This document shows positions 21,108 through 31,618 of a stretch of DNA of 64,000 bases, one piece after another; within the stretch, counting starts at the first letter, position 1; the number at the start of each line of letters is the position of its first letter. The notes under the pieces are model-generated. The model did not search any database. It saw only the letters and a list, made by a program, of their open reading frames with translations, and was not told the origin of the DNA. The translations under genes were made by a program, and so were the position numbers. The DNA is from Christensenellaceae bacterium (GTDB lineage: Bacteria; Bacillota; Clostridia; Christensenellales; Borkfalkiaceae): the NCBI GenBank assembly GCA_045633745.1, contig JAZQYW010000015.1, positions 11,042-75,041 of the forward strand. Direction: 5' to 3'.

Positions 21108-21655
21108 CTCCTTGCTCTAATCTTTTTGTTTTTTGGCAAACAAATTTCTGCAATGGCATCAACGTATCTTTTATGGTGCATAACAGCCTGTTCAAAAAGA
21201 CTTTGTGTAATACAATATTCAGCCACAACTCCATAAGCAAGTGTTGTTGCTGAAATATCTTTTTCCGAATAACCAACGTTATCTTCTAAACCATAATTTT
21301 TAGGTAAATATAAAAATTCAACAGTGCACTTTGTAATTTGTGCATTTACGTAATGGTTATCAACTGTAAAATCAATCGGATTTCCGTTAATATCGTAAAC
21401 TGCAACAATCTTAACAATTTTGTCGTTTAATTGATTTAAAGGTTGTCTGCCGTTAACAAAAGTCACGGTTGACTTTGACACCAAAGGTAAATAAGTGCTT
21501 GCAAGTTCTTCCACAACAAGCGTGCAAAGATTTGTCAACAAGTTAACCGTTTCTAACGTATCAACGCCTGTATTTTCCTTTCCGTCAAGATAGTTAATAA
21601 CGTCGCTTCTTCCTAAAATTAAGGCTGAATTTCTAACTATATCTTTAATTTTCAT
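21098..21655 (-). CDS. hypothetical protein; positional candidate for head completion / head-tail adaptor
   Basis: 185 aa immediately after the capsid gene; assignment is by gene order only. Confidence 0.4.
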   Translation of the reverse strand: MKIKDIVRNSALILGRSDVINYLDGKENTGVDTLETVNLLTNLCTLVVEELASTYLPLVSKSTVTFVNGRQPLNQLNDKIVKIVAVYDINGNPIDFTVDNHYVNAQITKCTVEFLYLPKNYGLEDNVGYSEKDISATTLAYGVVAEYCITQSLFEQAVMHHKRYVDAIAEICLPKNKKIRARSWV

Positions 21656-21670
21656 AAAAATCTCCTTTTT

Positions 21671-21702
21671 ATAAAAATTGCCGAGTCAAAAGGACTCGGC
21701 AA
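21671..21702 (-). terminator. intra-operon hairpin (partial terminator/attenuator) after the capsid gene
   Basis: TTGCCGAGTC / GACTCGGCAA 10-bp stem followed by TTTTTAT on the minus strand. Confidence 0.5.
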
Positions 21703-21719
21703 TTCGTATTATGATTTTT

Positions 21720-22892
21720 TTACGCTTCAGTAATTCCTGTAAGAACGCCTTGTCCGTTAGGACGTGCACAAATAAGGTCTGCGTATTTAACCAAAGTAGC
21801 CGTATAAACTGGCTTACCTGGAACTTGCTTTAACACTTTGCCATCGTCATCAGCAAGCCATTGCCAATCGCAAAGTTGATGAAGTGTAAAGTCATCAGTA
21901 TTAAGCATATACATAGTTCCTGCTGGGCAGAATCTATCTGCAACGATAGGAATACCATTATAACTAATAGCCCTAAAGCCACCGTTAAGTTCCATGTTGT
22001 CGATAACACGCTTATTTGTTGCAAAGAGTTGTTGCAACGCTCTTCTAACGCCCCAAGAACATACCATAAAGTTTACGCCCTTGCCACTGTTTTCTTCGAT
22101 TGTGTCAAGTGCTGTTTGGATAGCGATTTCACTGATTTCGCCAACGTTTTCTTTTTTGTAAGAGTTCATCCAAGGGTTTTCAGATTTTGCCAAGCCATAG
22201 ATAGATGGGTTGTTAAAGAGTGCGTCAAGACCAGTAATTTCGTTGCCGAAAGAGCCTTGAACTGTCACCATTGTTCCAGTTGCAAATTCTGTGTCAGAAA
22301 TAGTGCCACCTGAAACTACGATTGAGTTTGAAGCCTTGTCAATTTGTGTGATTTTTCTTTCAGCAAGACCTGAAATGATATTGCCACTTGCATCACGGAC
22401 GTCGATAATCATACCTTCAATAAGGTTTTTGGTTGAATCAACGACAATCTTATTTGATTTAACCTTAACTGCGCCAGCAAGTTTTCCTGTGCCGTTGCCG
22501 AAAAGCATTCTGCCAAAGTTGAAACTGCTTGCTCTAACAAGACCTTCCATTTCAGAATTCAAAAGGCTTACGAAAGCACCTGCATTATTTTCAGATGCTC
22601 TGATTGCCTTGTCTGAAATTTCGATAACGCCATAAAGGTTTTTAAGAGTGGTCACAAATTGCTTGTAGTTGTTGCCTGCAGATGCTGGCAAAGAACCATC
22701 TTCTGTACCAGCACCGATACCACCGTTAATGCCGTATGTAGCAAGTTTTCTAACTTCCTTACCCCAAACGTCGTTGGTACTCTTTTTGATTGCCGCTAAA
22801 AGTGGGTTTACGTTGTTGTCTAATTGATGACTGATTGCATCAAGGTATATTGATTTTAATGCACTGTCTGCATTTGTTAAATTAACTGCCAT
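21720..22892 (-). CDS. phage major capsid protein (HK97-fold type)
   Basis: 390 aa. Position after the scaffold gene, with N-terminal and central segments (LKSIYLD..., ISDKAIRAS) resembling phage major capsid families. Confidence 0.7.
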   Translation of the reverse strand: MAVNLTNADSALKSIYLDAISHQLDNNVNPLLAAIKKSTNDVWGKEVRKLATYGINGGIGAGTEDGSLPASAGNNYKQFVTTLKNLYGVIEISDKAIRASENNAGAFVSLLNSEMEGLVRASSFNFGRMLFGNGTGKLAGAVKVKSNKIVVDSTKNLIEGMIIDVRDASGNIISGLAERKITQIDKASNSIVVSGGTISDTEFATGTMVTVQGSFGNEITGLDALFNNPSIYGLAKSENPWMNSYKKENVGEISEIAIQTALDTIEENSGKGVNFMVCSWGVRRALQQLFATNKRVIDNMELNGGFRAISYNGIPIVADRFCPAGTMYMLNTDDFTLHQLCDWQWLADDDGKVLKQVPGKPVYTATLVKYADLICARPNGQGVLTGITEA

Positions 22893-22905
22893 AATTTCTC
22901 CTTAA

Positions 22906-23364
22906 TTAATGTTTGTTTAATAAATTTTTTGCGAGATTGCCCGCTTCTTCAATAGTTTTTGGTCGATTAACCGGTGTTTTCACGCTAACCCCAGCCCCGT
23001 CCATAATAATTGCGCTTGGCTTTTTACCAAGCACGTCAAGTAAATAGTCTTTAAGGATTTTTTCTTTGTCCATAAAGGTTGTATCTGCTTGAGTTGTGGT
23101 TGCACTTTGATTTTCTGCTGGTGGAACTGCCGTTTTATCACCTGCATCCAACTTGCCTTCTAATTCCTTTATTTTCTGACAGCGTTTGGTAAATTCAGAC
23201 TGTAAAGAATTATAAGCGTTTAAGAGTGCACTCACGTCTTTAAATTTTCCTAATGAGACTGCCCCTTTCTCTCCGCCTTCATCCATTTCCGCCTCTGCGG
23301 GTTGCGTTAAAAGTGTAGTTTGTTCATTTTTAATTTCTTCCATAAATTTTTTCTCCATTTTCAT
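22906..23364 (-). CDS. phage scaffolding-like protein
   Basis: 152 aa, acidic/helical, LLNAYNSLQSEFTKR motif, located between the portal and capsid genes. Confidence 0.55.
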   Translation of the reverse strand: MKMEKKFMEEIKNEQTTLLTQPAEAEMDEGGEKGAVSLGKFKDVSALLNAYNSLQSEFTKRCQKIKELEGKLDAGDKTAVPPAENQSATTTQADTTFMDKEKILKDYLLDVLGKKPSAIIMDGAGVSVKTPVNRPKTIEEAGNLAKNLLNKH

Positions 23365-25198
23365 TATTTAACTTATCTTTGTGTTCTCTTATGTGATTAT
23401 AAAATCTTTGCTTTTGTTCATCGTTAAGCGAAGAAAATTCGCTTAAGACGTATCTGGTGTGTTCATCAACGTGGATAGCGTGCTCATCAATTTCATCAAC
23501 CGAAACAACTTTTTTTCTTAAGCCATCGTTTTCTTGTTGTGCTTTTTCTTCTTGAAGTCTTGCAAGCCCCTTTTGATAGTCAAGTTCTTTATAACCTAAC
23601 AAAGACAACACCTTTTCCTTTATTGACGGACGGAGTTTTCCGTCTTCATCAGTTAAAAGTCCACTCTCATACAACTTGAAAATCATATCTTTCTTTTGTC
23701 TGTTTGTGTATAAAAGTTCGTTTTCGTTTTCAAGGTACACGTCGTCGGAATTCACAGCGTTTTTATCAAGATAAAGAATTTTGGTCTTGTTATATTCGTC
23801 TTGCACGTTGATAGCCCTAACCCCAGCAGAAAACTGGTAATAAAGCCTTATCATCAACTTTGATATTTCAACGTAGCAATTCCTAATGCACTCTGCACTT
23901 CGCATAAGCCTTGCGTTGTCTTGCTCAACCAAAATTTCAAGAGCCGTACCACTTGACAACGATGCGTTTGAAGAACTTGACGTGACGTTGCTTACCCCAC
24001 TTATGATAACGAATTCATCAAGCAACTTCTCTTCTTCTTCATTAAAGTCGCTTGGCATATTCATATTAGACATAATTTCAGGGGCTTTAGAGCCTTGTCT
24101 ATACACGATAACTTTACCAGGGGACAAACCTTCTTCTACAAGGTCATCAACGTCCATAGAACCGTCTTCAACAGTCATAACGCCCATTGAAAGTCTGTTC
24201 AAGAATTCGTGTTTTCTATTCTTAACGGCATTGAATGCCCTTTGCACTGGGATTAACCTTTCGATTATGCTACAACCGAAGAAACTGCCCGCTTGTTCAA
24301 GTGAAACCTGCTTAACAAACGGATAACCCCTTTTGCCGTTTTCACCATTTTGGTATGGCAAATCACCAAGGTATAAAAGTTTGTTTCCAGCAACGGTTAT
24401 AAGTCTTCCTAAAGGATATTTTTTTGTTGGTTTCTCATATCTTTCGATAACGATAACGGCATTGTCAAGGGTATTTTGTTTGCTAGATGAAAATGCAGCA
24501 GTCTTTTGCAAACTTTGCACGTCAATGCTTTGTCCACTCAAAGTTATTCCGTAAACTTCTTTAACGGCATCAACGCTCATAACTCTTGCGTGTATAATGC
24601 TTGCGCAATCTTCAATGTTTTCAACCGTCAATGAATCTGGGAAAATTTCAAAAGGTGAAACGGATAAAACGGATACTTCCCCTTCATAAACGTCTTGATT
24701 ATCCACAACGCCTATCTTATTCCCACCTTTGTTATCCCACAAAACCTTGTAAAAGCCCGTTCCACAAGTTTCGCTCCACACGGTTGTCTTTTTAACAATT
24801 TCGTGTAATTTTGTCTTTTTGAACGCACTTTCCAAAAGTTTATCGGCAAGCGAAGCCGATGCCACGTCCTTATCATCATCTGTTCTTGGTCTAACCGAAA
24901 CGCTTGGCTCTATGCAAGCAAACTTTGCAATTCTTGTGTCAACTGCAGGGGCAATGTGGTTATACACCCCTTTTCTTTGCCAGAAAAAAGTGTTGCTTTC
25001 TTCTAGAATTTCGCCCTGTGCGCTTAAGTCGCAATATTGATTTCCGTTTAGAAAATTTATGTTTAATTCCCATTGTCTTTCATAAGTTATCCTGTTTTCT
25101 TGTCTTTTCTTAAAGTCAGAGTACACTTCGGAGATTAATTCTTCAATATACTTCTCCCTTTCTCTTTCTTTTTCAAGTGTTTTAATGCTTTTTCTCAA
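23330..25198 (-). CDS. phage portal protein
   Basis: 622 aa; position after the terminase; size and sequence character typical of portal proteins. Confidence 0.75.
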   Translation of the reverse strand: MRKSIKTLEKEREREKYIEELISEVYSDFKKRQENRITYERQWELNINFLNGNQYCDLSAQGEILEESNTFFWQRKGVYNHIAPAVDTRIAKFACIEPSVSVRPRTDDDKDVASASLADKLLESAFKKTKLHEIVKKTTVWSETCGTGFYKVLWDNKGGNKIGVVDNQDVYEGEVSVLSVSPFEIFPDSLTVENIEDCASIIHARVMSVDAVKEVYGITLSGQSIDVQSLQKTAAFSSSKQNTLDNAVIVIERYEKPTKKYPLGRLITVAGNKLLYLGDLPYQNGENGKRGYPFVKQVSLEQAGSFFGCSIIERLIPVQRAFNAVKNRKHEFLNRLSMGVMTVEDGSMDVDDLVEEGLSPGKVIVYRQGSKAPEIMSNMNMPSDFNEEEEKLLDEFVIISGVSNVTSSSSNASLSSGTALEILVEQDNARLMRSAECIRNCYVEISKLMIRLYYQFSAGVRAINVQDEYNKTKILYLDKNAVNSDDVYLENENELLYTNRQKKDMIFKLYESGLLTDEDGKLRPSIKEKVLSLLGYKELDYQKGLARLQEEKAQQENDGLRKKVVSVDEIDEHAIHVDEHTRYVLSEFSSLNDEQKQRFYNHIREHKDKLNNENGEKIYGRN

Positions 25199-25209
25199 AA
25201 TTTTTCTCC

Positions 25210-25509
25210 TTAATCATTTTGAATTTGTTTTAACAGATAGAGCAAACGAATTTTTTCTTCGTATAGTTCTTCATCTGTCATTTGACTTGTGTCTTTTTGA
25301 TTTTCATCAAGCAAAATTTTAAGAGCGGTCATATCGGGTGGAACTGATTTTGTGGTAATCTTTTTCTTGCTCAACTTAACTTGTCCGTCAGCATCGCTAG
25401 AATACTCTTCAATAACTTCTTTAACGTCGTACCCCAGAGCCTTTTTGATTAACGCTTCTTTCAAATCTTGCTTTAAATCGACTTTTTGTTTTTTACTTTT
25501 TCCTTTCAT
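25210..25509 (-). CDS. small charged protein, possibly terminase small-subunit-like
   Basis: 99 aa; the KKKITTKSVPPDMTALKILL segment resembles small terminase/DNA-binding phage proteins; overlaps the TerL stop. Confidence 0.35.
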   Translation of the reverse strand: MKGKSKKQKVDLKQDLKEALIKKALGYDVKEVIEEYSSDADGQVKLSKKKITTKSVPPDMTALKILLDENQKDTSQMTDEELYEEKIRLLYLLKQIQND

Positions 25510-26926
25510 TCATAATTTTTCTGATTAACCTTTCCTTATCCTTTTGAATTTGTGTCTTTTGCACTTTTGGGGGCAGATTTTCAGGCTTTGTCATTAGATA
25601 ATAGCGAAGTTCATCAAGTGCGTGGTCATCAACTTTTTTAGGGTTTTCCCCTTCGCTCCACCTATAAGTTTTCAACTCTCTTATAAGGTTAGTACAACAC
25701 GGAAAAATATATAATTTTGCTAACCCGTCGTTGACTTTTAGGTATTGCTTTACCCTTTGAATACCACTAAACATATCCTTGTTTACTTTTGGAGATGCAA
25801 CTATGCCAAAATCAAAAAACAGTTCGGTGACACTCTTTGAAGATGCAAGCGTTTTTTGGTTTGCAGCACTGTCTATAAGCGTGTGATATCTGCCTTGACT
25901 ATCGCACTTCCAACCCAAACTTTTGCTTATTTCCTTTATCCTATTTGAGTGATAAGAAATATCTTTGCCCGCTTCAAAATGCTCTGCAACAACAAAAACG
26001 TTTCCGTCGTAATCAACTGCATACCAGTGGGCTGAAAGTGGGTTGTTTAGACCGGGGTCTATTGAAATAGTATCTTGCCACTCTTTTGGGATATGGATAG
26101 GCTCTTTTAGAACGTGAATATTCTCATCAAACTCTGGATAAACAAGCCCCACACTTGCCTTAAATCGACCATATCTTCTGCTTTCAAGTTGGTCGAAAGA
26201 AAGAGTTTTTGTAAGGGCTTCAACTTCCCCCTTATCAAGATAAGGATTATCAGCCCACTCCATAAATTCGCACCAAACTTCAGGATTATTTTCGGTGTTA
26301 AGGTAAATTTTATCGTGTATAAAGGTCAAGCCTTTTAAGGGCGTCATCGTGCCGAAAATTTCCCCCTTTTTATCCAGCACACGCATACGGCACTCATCAT
26401 AGATATCTTCTGGTGGTTCTTCATCAAACCACACGAAATCAAGCGAACTGCCTTGGAACTTTTCTCTGCCTTGGTCACAAGACTTAAAGCCGATAACCGA
26501 TATGCCACCAAACACGTTTTTAATGCGAATTTGGTCGATAACGCCGTATTTAAGACTTTCTTTCTTGCCACTTAACATTGAAACGTCTTCTATCCACGAA
26601 GGGTTTATATAAGACAAAACTTTGCTTTGAGCAACGTCCCTTTGCACTTGTTGGGAAAGCGAAACCACCCACCCGAAAACATTTTTTCTGTTTTCTCTAA
26701 AAGGGTGAATTCCCCTTGCCATATACACCGATTCAACTGCACCACACTCTGTTTTGCCACTCCTGTTTCCCCCGAATACCCATCTGTTCTTTTTTTGGCA
26801 CTTGTGAAAGGCAAGTTGCTTAAGGTGTACTATTTCCCCCGTGTTATATTTTGCCAGTTTGTCTTCGCCCTTTCGGCGTTTTTCTTCAAGTTCAATCTCC
26901 CTTATTCTGTTAATAATATCTTGCAT
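25493..26926 (-). CDS. phage terminase large subunit
   Basis: Walker A GGNRSGKTE, Walker B LDFVWFDEE, C-terminal nuclease-like domain. Confidence 0.85.
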   Translation of the reverse strand: MQDIINRIREIELEEKRRKGEDKLAKYNTGEIVHLKQLAFHKCQKKNRWVFGGNRSGKTECGAVESVYMARGIHPFRENRKNVFGWVVSLSQQVQRDVAQSKVLSYINPSWIEDVSMLSGKKESLKYGVIDQIRIKNVFGGISVIGFKSCDQGREKFQGSSLDFVWFDEEPPEDIYDECRMRVLDKKGEIFGTMTPLKGLTFIHDKIYLNTENNPEVWCEFMEWADNPYLDKGEVEALTKTLSFDQLESRRYGRFKASVGLVYPEFDENIHVLKEPIHIPKEWQDTISIDPGLNNPLSAHWYAVDYDGNVFVVAEHFEAGKDISYHSNRIKEISKSLGWKCDSQGRYHTLIDSAANQKTLASSKSVTELFFDFGIVASPKVNKDMFSGIQRVKQYLKVNDGLAKLYIFPCCTNLIRELKTYRWSEGENPKKVDDHALDELRYYLMTKPENLPPKVQKTQIQKDKERLIRKIMNERKK

Positions 26927-26954
26927 AAATCCCCCAAAATCACCGACTGCGCTT

Positions 26955-26982
26955 ATATTAGCAAAGTTTTTTCATTTGTAAA
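26955..26982 (-). promoter_or_regulatory. putative sigma-A promoter of the phage-like operon
   Basis: Minus strand TTTACA - 16 nt - TAATAT, then a GGGGGA RBS before the TerL ATG. Lies just downstream of the parC terminator. Confidence 0.4.
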
Positions 26983-27019
26983 TAGGGTTATGACACTGCT
27001 TTGAAAAAATTTTAAAAAA

Positions 27020-27050
27020 TGAAAAAAGCGACCGATTTTGGTCGCTTTTT
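27020..27050 (-). terminator. rho-independent terminator after the topoisomerase A-subunit gene
   Basis: GCGACC-aaaat-CGGTCGC stem with a T-run on the minus strand. Confidence 0.7.
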
Positions 27051-27075
27051 ATACATTTATATATGTTTTTACGTA

Positions 27076-29502
27076 TTATTCAGTAAATATCTTGAACACT
27101 TTTTCAGGTGCACGTTTTTTGTTTTCGTTCTTCAAGGTCTTGCCCTTTGTTGTTCTGTTTTCAATGCCTATATCTTCAGTGTTAACAACAAATGCCACGC
27201 CAAAAGTATCAACAACACCAACGTCAAACGGTGCTTTTACACAAGATGCAAAAACAACTTCGCCATCTTTTCCAAGTTCAACTATCTTGATGCCCTTTCT
27301 ATACCTTGCAAGTGGTTCGATTTCGCTGGTTATAACCCTTTTATAAAAACCTGTGTTTGTGACGATAAAGAATTCGCCTTCTTCATCAACTTGTGAAGTG
27401 AACACTATTTCATCGCCCTTGTTTAAGTTCAATCCCTTAACACCACCAGCAACTCTGCCTTGAACTGGGATATCATCTTTCAATGCATTTAAAGACATAC
27501 CCTTTTTAGTAATGTATGCAATCGTGGTATCAGGCAAGTCTTGTTCAACACCCACAAGCATATCGCCGTCTTTTAGTTTGATTGCTTGATAGTAAGGTTT
27601 TACCAAGTTATATTCAGCCCACTCTGTCTTTTTAATCAAGCCGTCTTTGGTAAAGAACAACAAGTGTCCTTGTGGAAGAGCATTTTCATCAACGGCAAAG
27701 AAAGCAACAGGATATTCGTTTCTTTGTGCTTCTTTGCAAACTGCGTTGAATTTATGTCCTTTATCTCTATAACGGCACTCTGGTGCAACTTCCATATCGA
27801 TTTTACAGCAGTTGCCAAGGTTTGTAAAGGCAAGCAAGGTTTGGTCACTTCTTGCTTTTGTCTTAAATACGATAAAGTCATCTGCAGAAGTATTTTCCTT
27901 AACCGTTTTATCACTCATCTTAAAGTTCTTTTCGGTCATTTTCTTGAAAGACTTGCCGTGTGTAAAGGCAACGATAAAGTCATCAACTTGTTTTAATTCC
28001 TTTTCCACACTTTGAATATCCAACTCTTTACCGCCCATAATGATATTACTTCTACGGTCATCGCCATACTTTTTCTTAATGGCGTTGAGTTCGGCTTTAA
28101 CAACGTGCATTTGCTTAGCCTTGCTTGCGATAATTTCTTCAAGTTCTTTGATTTTCTTCTTTAATTCAGCAAGTTCTTCTTCAAGTTTATAAACTTCAAG
28201 TTTGGTAAGGCGTGCAAGTCTTAAATCAAGAATTGCGCCTGCTTGTTGGTCTGATAAAGAAAATCTTTCACGGAGTTTTGCCCTAGCATCAGTGGTGTTT
28301 TCAGCACCTTTGATAATCTTTATAACTTCATCAATATTCTTAACTGCAACGATAAGTCCTTCTAAAATATGCGCCCTTTCCTTTGCCCTTTCGTGTTCAA
28401 ACTTACAGCGTCTTAAAATAACTTCTCTTTGATAGTTAACGTAATATTTGATAATATCCAAAAGTCCTAATTGACAAGGCTTTCCGTCAGCAATGGCAAC
28501 CATATTGATACCAAAACTAACTTCTAGGTCGGTGTTCTTGTATAAATATGCCAAAATTGCCTTTGCATCGGCATCTTTTTTAAGTTTAACAAGCGCACGC
28601 ATACCGTTTCTGTCAGACTCATCAACAACGTCTGCAATGCCAGATAAAAATTCCTTTCTTTCTTCTTTCATATCAGCAATCTTTTTCAAAAGATTTGCCT
28701 TGTTTACTTGATAAGGAAGTTCGGAAATAACCAAGTTTTGCTTATCCCCAGTATCCTTTTCAATATTGACACGTGCTTTAATTTTAATCTTGCCACGGCC
28801 TGTCTTATAGGCTTCTTCAAGTTCTTCGCCAGCAACAATATAACCACCTGTTGGGAAGTCTGGCGCTTTAATATAGCCCATCATATCCTTTAAGGAAATT
28901 TTTGGGTTATCAATATAAGCAATCGTTCCGTTTATAACTTCAACAAGGTTATGTGGTGGGATATTCGTTGCAAGACCAACTGCGATACCCGTTGCCCCGT
29001 TAACCAAAAGGTTTGGATATCTTCCCGGTAAAGTATCTGGCTCTTCTTGTGTATCGTCAAAGTTAAGGCTAAACTTAACAGTGTCCTTATCAATATCCCT
29101 TAAAAGTTCTAAAGCAAGTTCTTCTAATCTTGCTTCGGTATATCTATAAGCAGCAGCAGAGTCGCCGTCGATAGTACCAAAGTTGCCTTGTCCGTCAATG
29201 AGTGGCATACGCATATTAAAGTCTTGCGCCAAGTGAACTATCGCACCATAAACCGAACTGTCGCCGTGTGGGTGATATTTACCCAAAACTTCACCGACGA
29301 TTTTAGCACACTTTTTGTGTGGCTTATCGAAAGTTAAACCCATTTCATACATAGCGTAAAGAATACGCCTTTGAACAGGTTTTAGTCCGTCTTCAACTCT
29401 TGGCAAAGCACGGTCTAAAATAACGTTTTCCGCATACGGAATCATAGAATTTTTCAAAACTTCATCAAGTGATGAAAAAATTATTCCCTTTTGGTTTTCC
29501 AT
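27076..29502 (-). CDS. type IIA topoisomerase subunit A (ParC/GyrA family; topo IV-like)
   Basis: [12 protein letters not shown] and [10 protein letters not shown] motifs. I did not see a GyrA-box in the C-terminal domain; not near dnaA/recF. Confidence 0.85.
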   Translation of the reverse strand: MENQKGIIFSSLDEVLKNSMIPYAENVILDRALPRVEDGLKPVQRRILYAMYEMGLTFDKPHKKCAKIVGEVLGKYHPHGDSSVYGAIVHLAQDFNMRMPLIDGQGNFGTIDGDSAAAYRYTEARLEELALELLRDIDKDTVKFSLNFDDTQEEPDTLPGRYPNLLVNGATGIAVGLATNIPPHNLVEVINGTIAYIDNPKISLKDMMGYIKAPDFPTGGYIVAGEELEEAYKTGRGKIKIKARVNIEKDTGDKQNLVISELPYQVNKANLLKKIADMKEERKEFLSGIADVVDESDRNGMRALVKLKKDADAKAILAYLYKNTDLEVSFGINMVAIADGKPCQLGLLDIIKYYVNYQREVILRRCKFEHERAKERAHILEGLIVAVKNIDEVIKIIKGAENTTDARAKLRERFSLSDQQAGAILDLRLARLTKLEVYKLEEELAELKKKIKELEEIIASKAKQMHVVKAELNAIKKKYGDDRRSNIIMGGKELDIQSVEKELKQVDDFIVAFTHGKSFKKMTEKNFKMSDKTVKENTSADDFIVFKTKARSDQTLLAFTNLGNCCKIDMEVAPECRYRDKGHKFNAVCKEAQRNEYPVAFFAVDENALPQGHLLFFTKDGLIKKTEWAEYNLVKPYYQAIKLKDGDMLVGVEQDLPDTTIAYITKKGMSLNALKDDIPVQGRVAGGVKGLNLNKGDEIVFTSQVDEEGEFFIVTNTGFYKRVITSEIEPLARYRKGIKIVELGKDGEVVFASCVKAPFDVGVVDTFGVAFVVNTEDIGIENRTTKGKTLKNENKKRAPEKVFKIFTE

Positions 29503-29516
29503 TTTGCTTTGCCCCC

Positions 29517-31469
29517 TTAATCACGTTTAATTTTTGCGAATTTATCTTCTTTATTAAAGTTTGCGTGTTCAAAGATATATTTCTTTCTTTCAGCAACTTC
29601 ATCGCCCATCAACACTGTTATCATCTTGTCTGCTTCGGCAGCGTCTTCAATGGTCACTTGCATAAGTGAACGTGTTTCTGGATTTAAGGTTGTTTCCCAA
29701 AGTTGTGAAGGGTTCATTTCACCAAGCCCTTTATATCTTTGAATTGCATAACCACGCCCAACTTTTGCTATCTTTTCTTGCAATTCTTTGTCGTCAAAAG
29801 CATATTCTTCAACCTTGCCCTTATGCACCTTATAAAGTGGTGGCATACCAACGTAAACGTGCCCTTCTTGGATAAGTTCACGCATATATCTAAAGAAGAA
29901 AGTTAAAAGAATTGCCCTGATGTGCGCACCGTCTTGGTCGGCATCGGAAAGAATAATAACCTTGTGATATTTAAGGCTTTCCAAATCAAATTCCGAACCT
30001 ATACCAGTGCCAAGTGCACTTATTATCGTCCTAATTTCTTCGTTTTGCAAAATTTGGTCAAGTTTTTTCTTTTCAACGTTAAGTGGTTTACCACGAAGTG
30101 GTAAAATCGCTTGATATTGACGCATACGTGCTTGTTTTGCACTGCCACCAGCAGAATCCCCTTCAACTATAAATAGTTCGTTGAGTTCGGCTTTTCTTCC
30201 AGAACAAGCCGAAAGTTTGCCTACAAGATTTTGTGATTCAATGCTCTTTGATGCCCTTGCAATTTCCTTTGCTTTTTTAGCAGCAAGTCTAACCTTTGCA
30301 GCGCCCAAAGCCTTGTTGATAATGGTATCGAAAACTTTGCCAAGTTTTTTATTCTTCATCAAAAGTTCAAGTTCATTTACGGTCACGCTTTCAACGGCTG
30401 GTCTTGCTTCAGGGTTGCCAAGTTTGGTTTTGGTTTGACCTTCAAACTGAACGTTTTGCATTTTAATTGAGATAATTGCCGTTAAACCTTCTTTAAAGTC
30501 ATCGCCAAGCAAGTTATCGTCTTTTTCTTTTAAGATGTTTCTTTCCCTAGCATAATCGTTTAAGGAACGTGTTAAACCAGACCTAAATCCAGTTTCGTGC
30601 ATACCACCTTCGCCCGTTGGGATATTGTTTACGTAAGAGTAAACACTGTCCGTATAAGCATCGGTATGTTGAATTGCAATTTCAACGTAAATATTATCTT
30701 TAGTTGCAGAAAAAGAAAGTGGCTCACTATAAAGTGAAGACTTGCCTTCGTTCAAATATTTAACAAAGTCGGTAATACCACCTTCATATTTATAAGTGCG
30801 TGAAAAATCGGTTTTTTCATCATAGAACTTTATTTCAAGTCCCTTGTTCAAAAAGGCAAGTTCTTTTAATCTTTTAAGGATAGTTTCAACTGAAAATTCA
30901 GTCGTTTCAAAAACCCTTTTATCAGGCAAGAACCTAATGAACGAACCACGCTTTTTGGTCTTTTCCTTTGTATTTTTAAGTGGTGCTTTTGGCACGCCAG
31001 ACTTAACCTTTCCAGTTTCCTTATCAAGATAACTGTGGAAGTCCATTTTATAAATGGTATCCTTATAAACTTCAACTGTAAGCCACTCTGAAAGTGCGTT
31101 TGTGACAGATGCACCAACGCCGTGTAGTCCACCTGAATAACTATAGTTATCAGCATCGAACTTACCACCAGCGTGAAGTTGTGTAAACACGACTTCTACA
31201 CCAGAAACGCCTGCTTTTGAGTGGATATCGGTTGGAATACCACGTCCATTATCTTCAACAGACGCACTTCCATCGCTATACAACTTAACTTCAATCTTGT
31301 TTGCAAAGCCGTTTGCCGCTTCGTCCACGGCGTTATCAACGATTTCCCATAAAATATGATGCAAACCCTTAACGCCCGTCGTACCGATATACATACCAGG
31401 GCGAAGTCTTACCGCATCAAGACCTTCAAGGATTTTTATATCTTCTGCCTTATAACTTGTTTTTGCCAT
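29517..31469 (-). CDS. type IIA topoisomerase subunit B (ParE/GyrB family)
   Basis: GHKL ATPase motifs ([14 protein letters not shown]), Toprim EGDSAGG, PLRGK. Confidence 0.85.
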   Translation of the reverse strand: MAKTSYKAEDIKILEGLDAVRLRPGMYIGTTGVKGLHHILWEIVDNAVDEAANGFANKIEVKLYSDGSASVEDNGRGIPTDIHSKAGVSGVEVVFTQLHAGGKFDADNYSYSGGLHGVGASVTNALSEWLTVEVYKDTIYKMDFHSYLDKETGKVKSGVPKAPLKNTKEKTKKRGSFIRFLPDKRVFETTEFSVETILKRLKELAFLNKGLEIKFYDEKTDFSRTYKYEGGITDFVKYLNEGKSSLYSEPLSFSATKDNIYVEIAIQHTDAYTDSVYSYVNNIPTGEGGMHETGFRSGLTRSLNDYARERNILKEKDDNLLGDDFKEGLTAIISIKMQNVQFEGQTKTKLGNPEARPAVESVTVNELELLMKNKKLGKVFDTIINKALGAAKVRLAAKKAKEIARASKSIESQNLVGKLSACSGRKAELNELFIVEGDSAGGSAKQARMRQYQAILPLRGKPLNVEKKKLDQILQNEEIRTIISALGTGIGSEFDLESLKYHKVIILSDADQDGAHIRAILLTFFFRYMRELIQEGHVYVGMPPLYKVHKGKVEEYAFDDKELQEKIAKVGRGYAIQRYKGLGEMNPSQLWETTLNPETRSLMQVTIEDAAEADKMITVLMGDEVAERKKYIFEHANFNKEDKFAKIKRD

Positions 31470-31569
31470 CTTATTTTCTCCGCATACTCTGCCATTATTT
31501 ATAATATTGTACTATATATTGTGTTTTTTTTCAAGTCCTAAACGCAATTTTTTGCTTTTTATTCAATAA

Positions 31570-31612
31570 AAAAGTCACATGCTCTTTTTATAAAGAGTTT
31601 GTGACTTTTTTC
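31570..31612 (-). terminator. rho-independent terminator after the methyltransferase gene
   Basis: AGTCACA...TGTGACT stem with a T-run on the minus strand. Confidence 0.55.
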
Positions 31613-31618
31613 TTAATT

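Noticed and set aside
18917-26982. Ordinary integrated prophage at a tRNA/att site
   Set aside because: There are no integrase, tRNA or direct repeats at either border, and core genes abut both ends. It is therefore reported as an atypical head-only module rather than a standard prophage.
27076-31469. Calling the topoisomerase pair gyrB/gyrA
   Set aside because: I did not recognise a GyrA-box in the A-subunit C-terminal domain, and the locus is not near dnaA/dnaN/recF, so topo IV (parE/parC) seems more likely. This cannot be settled by eye, so no gene symbols were assigned.
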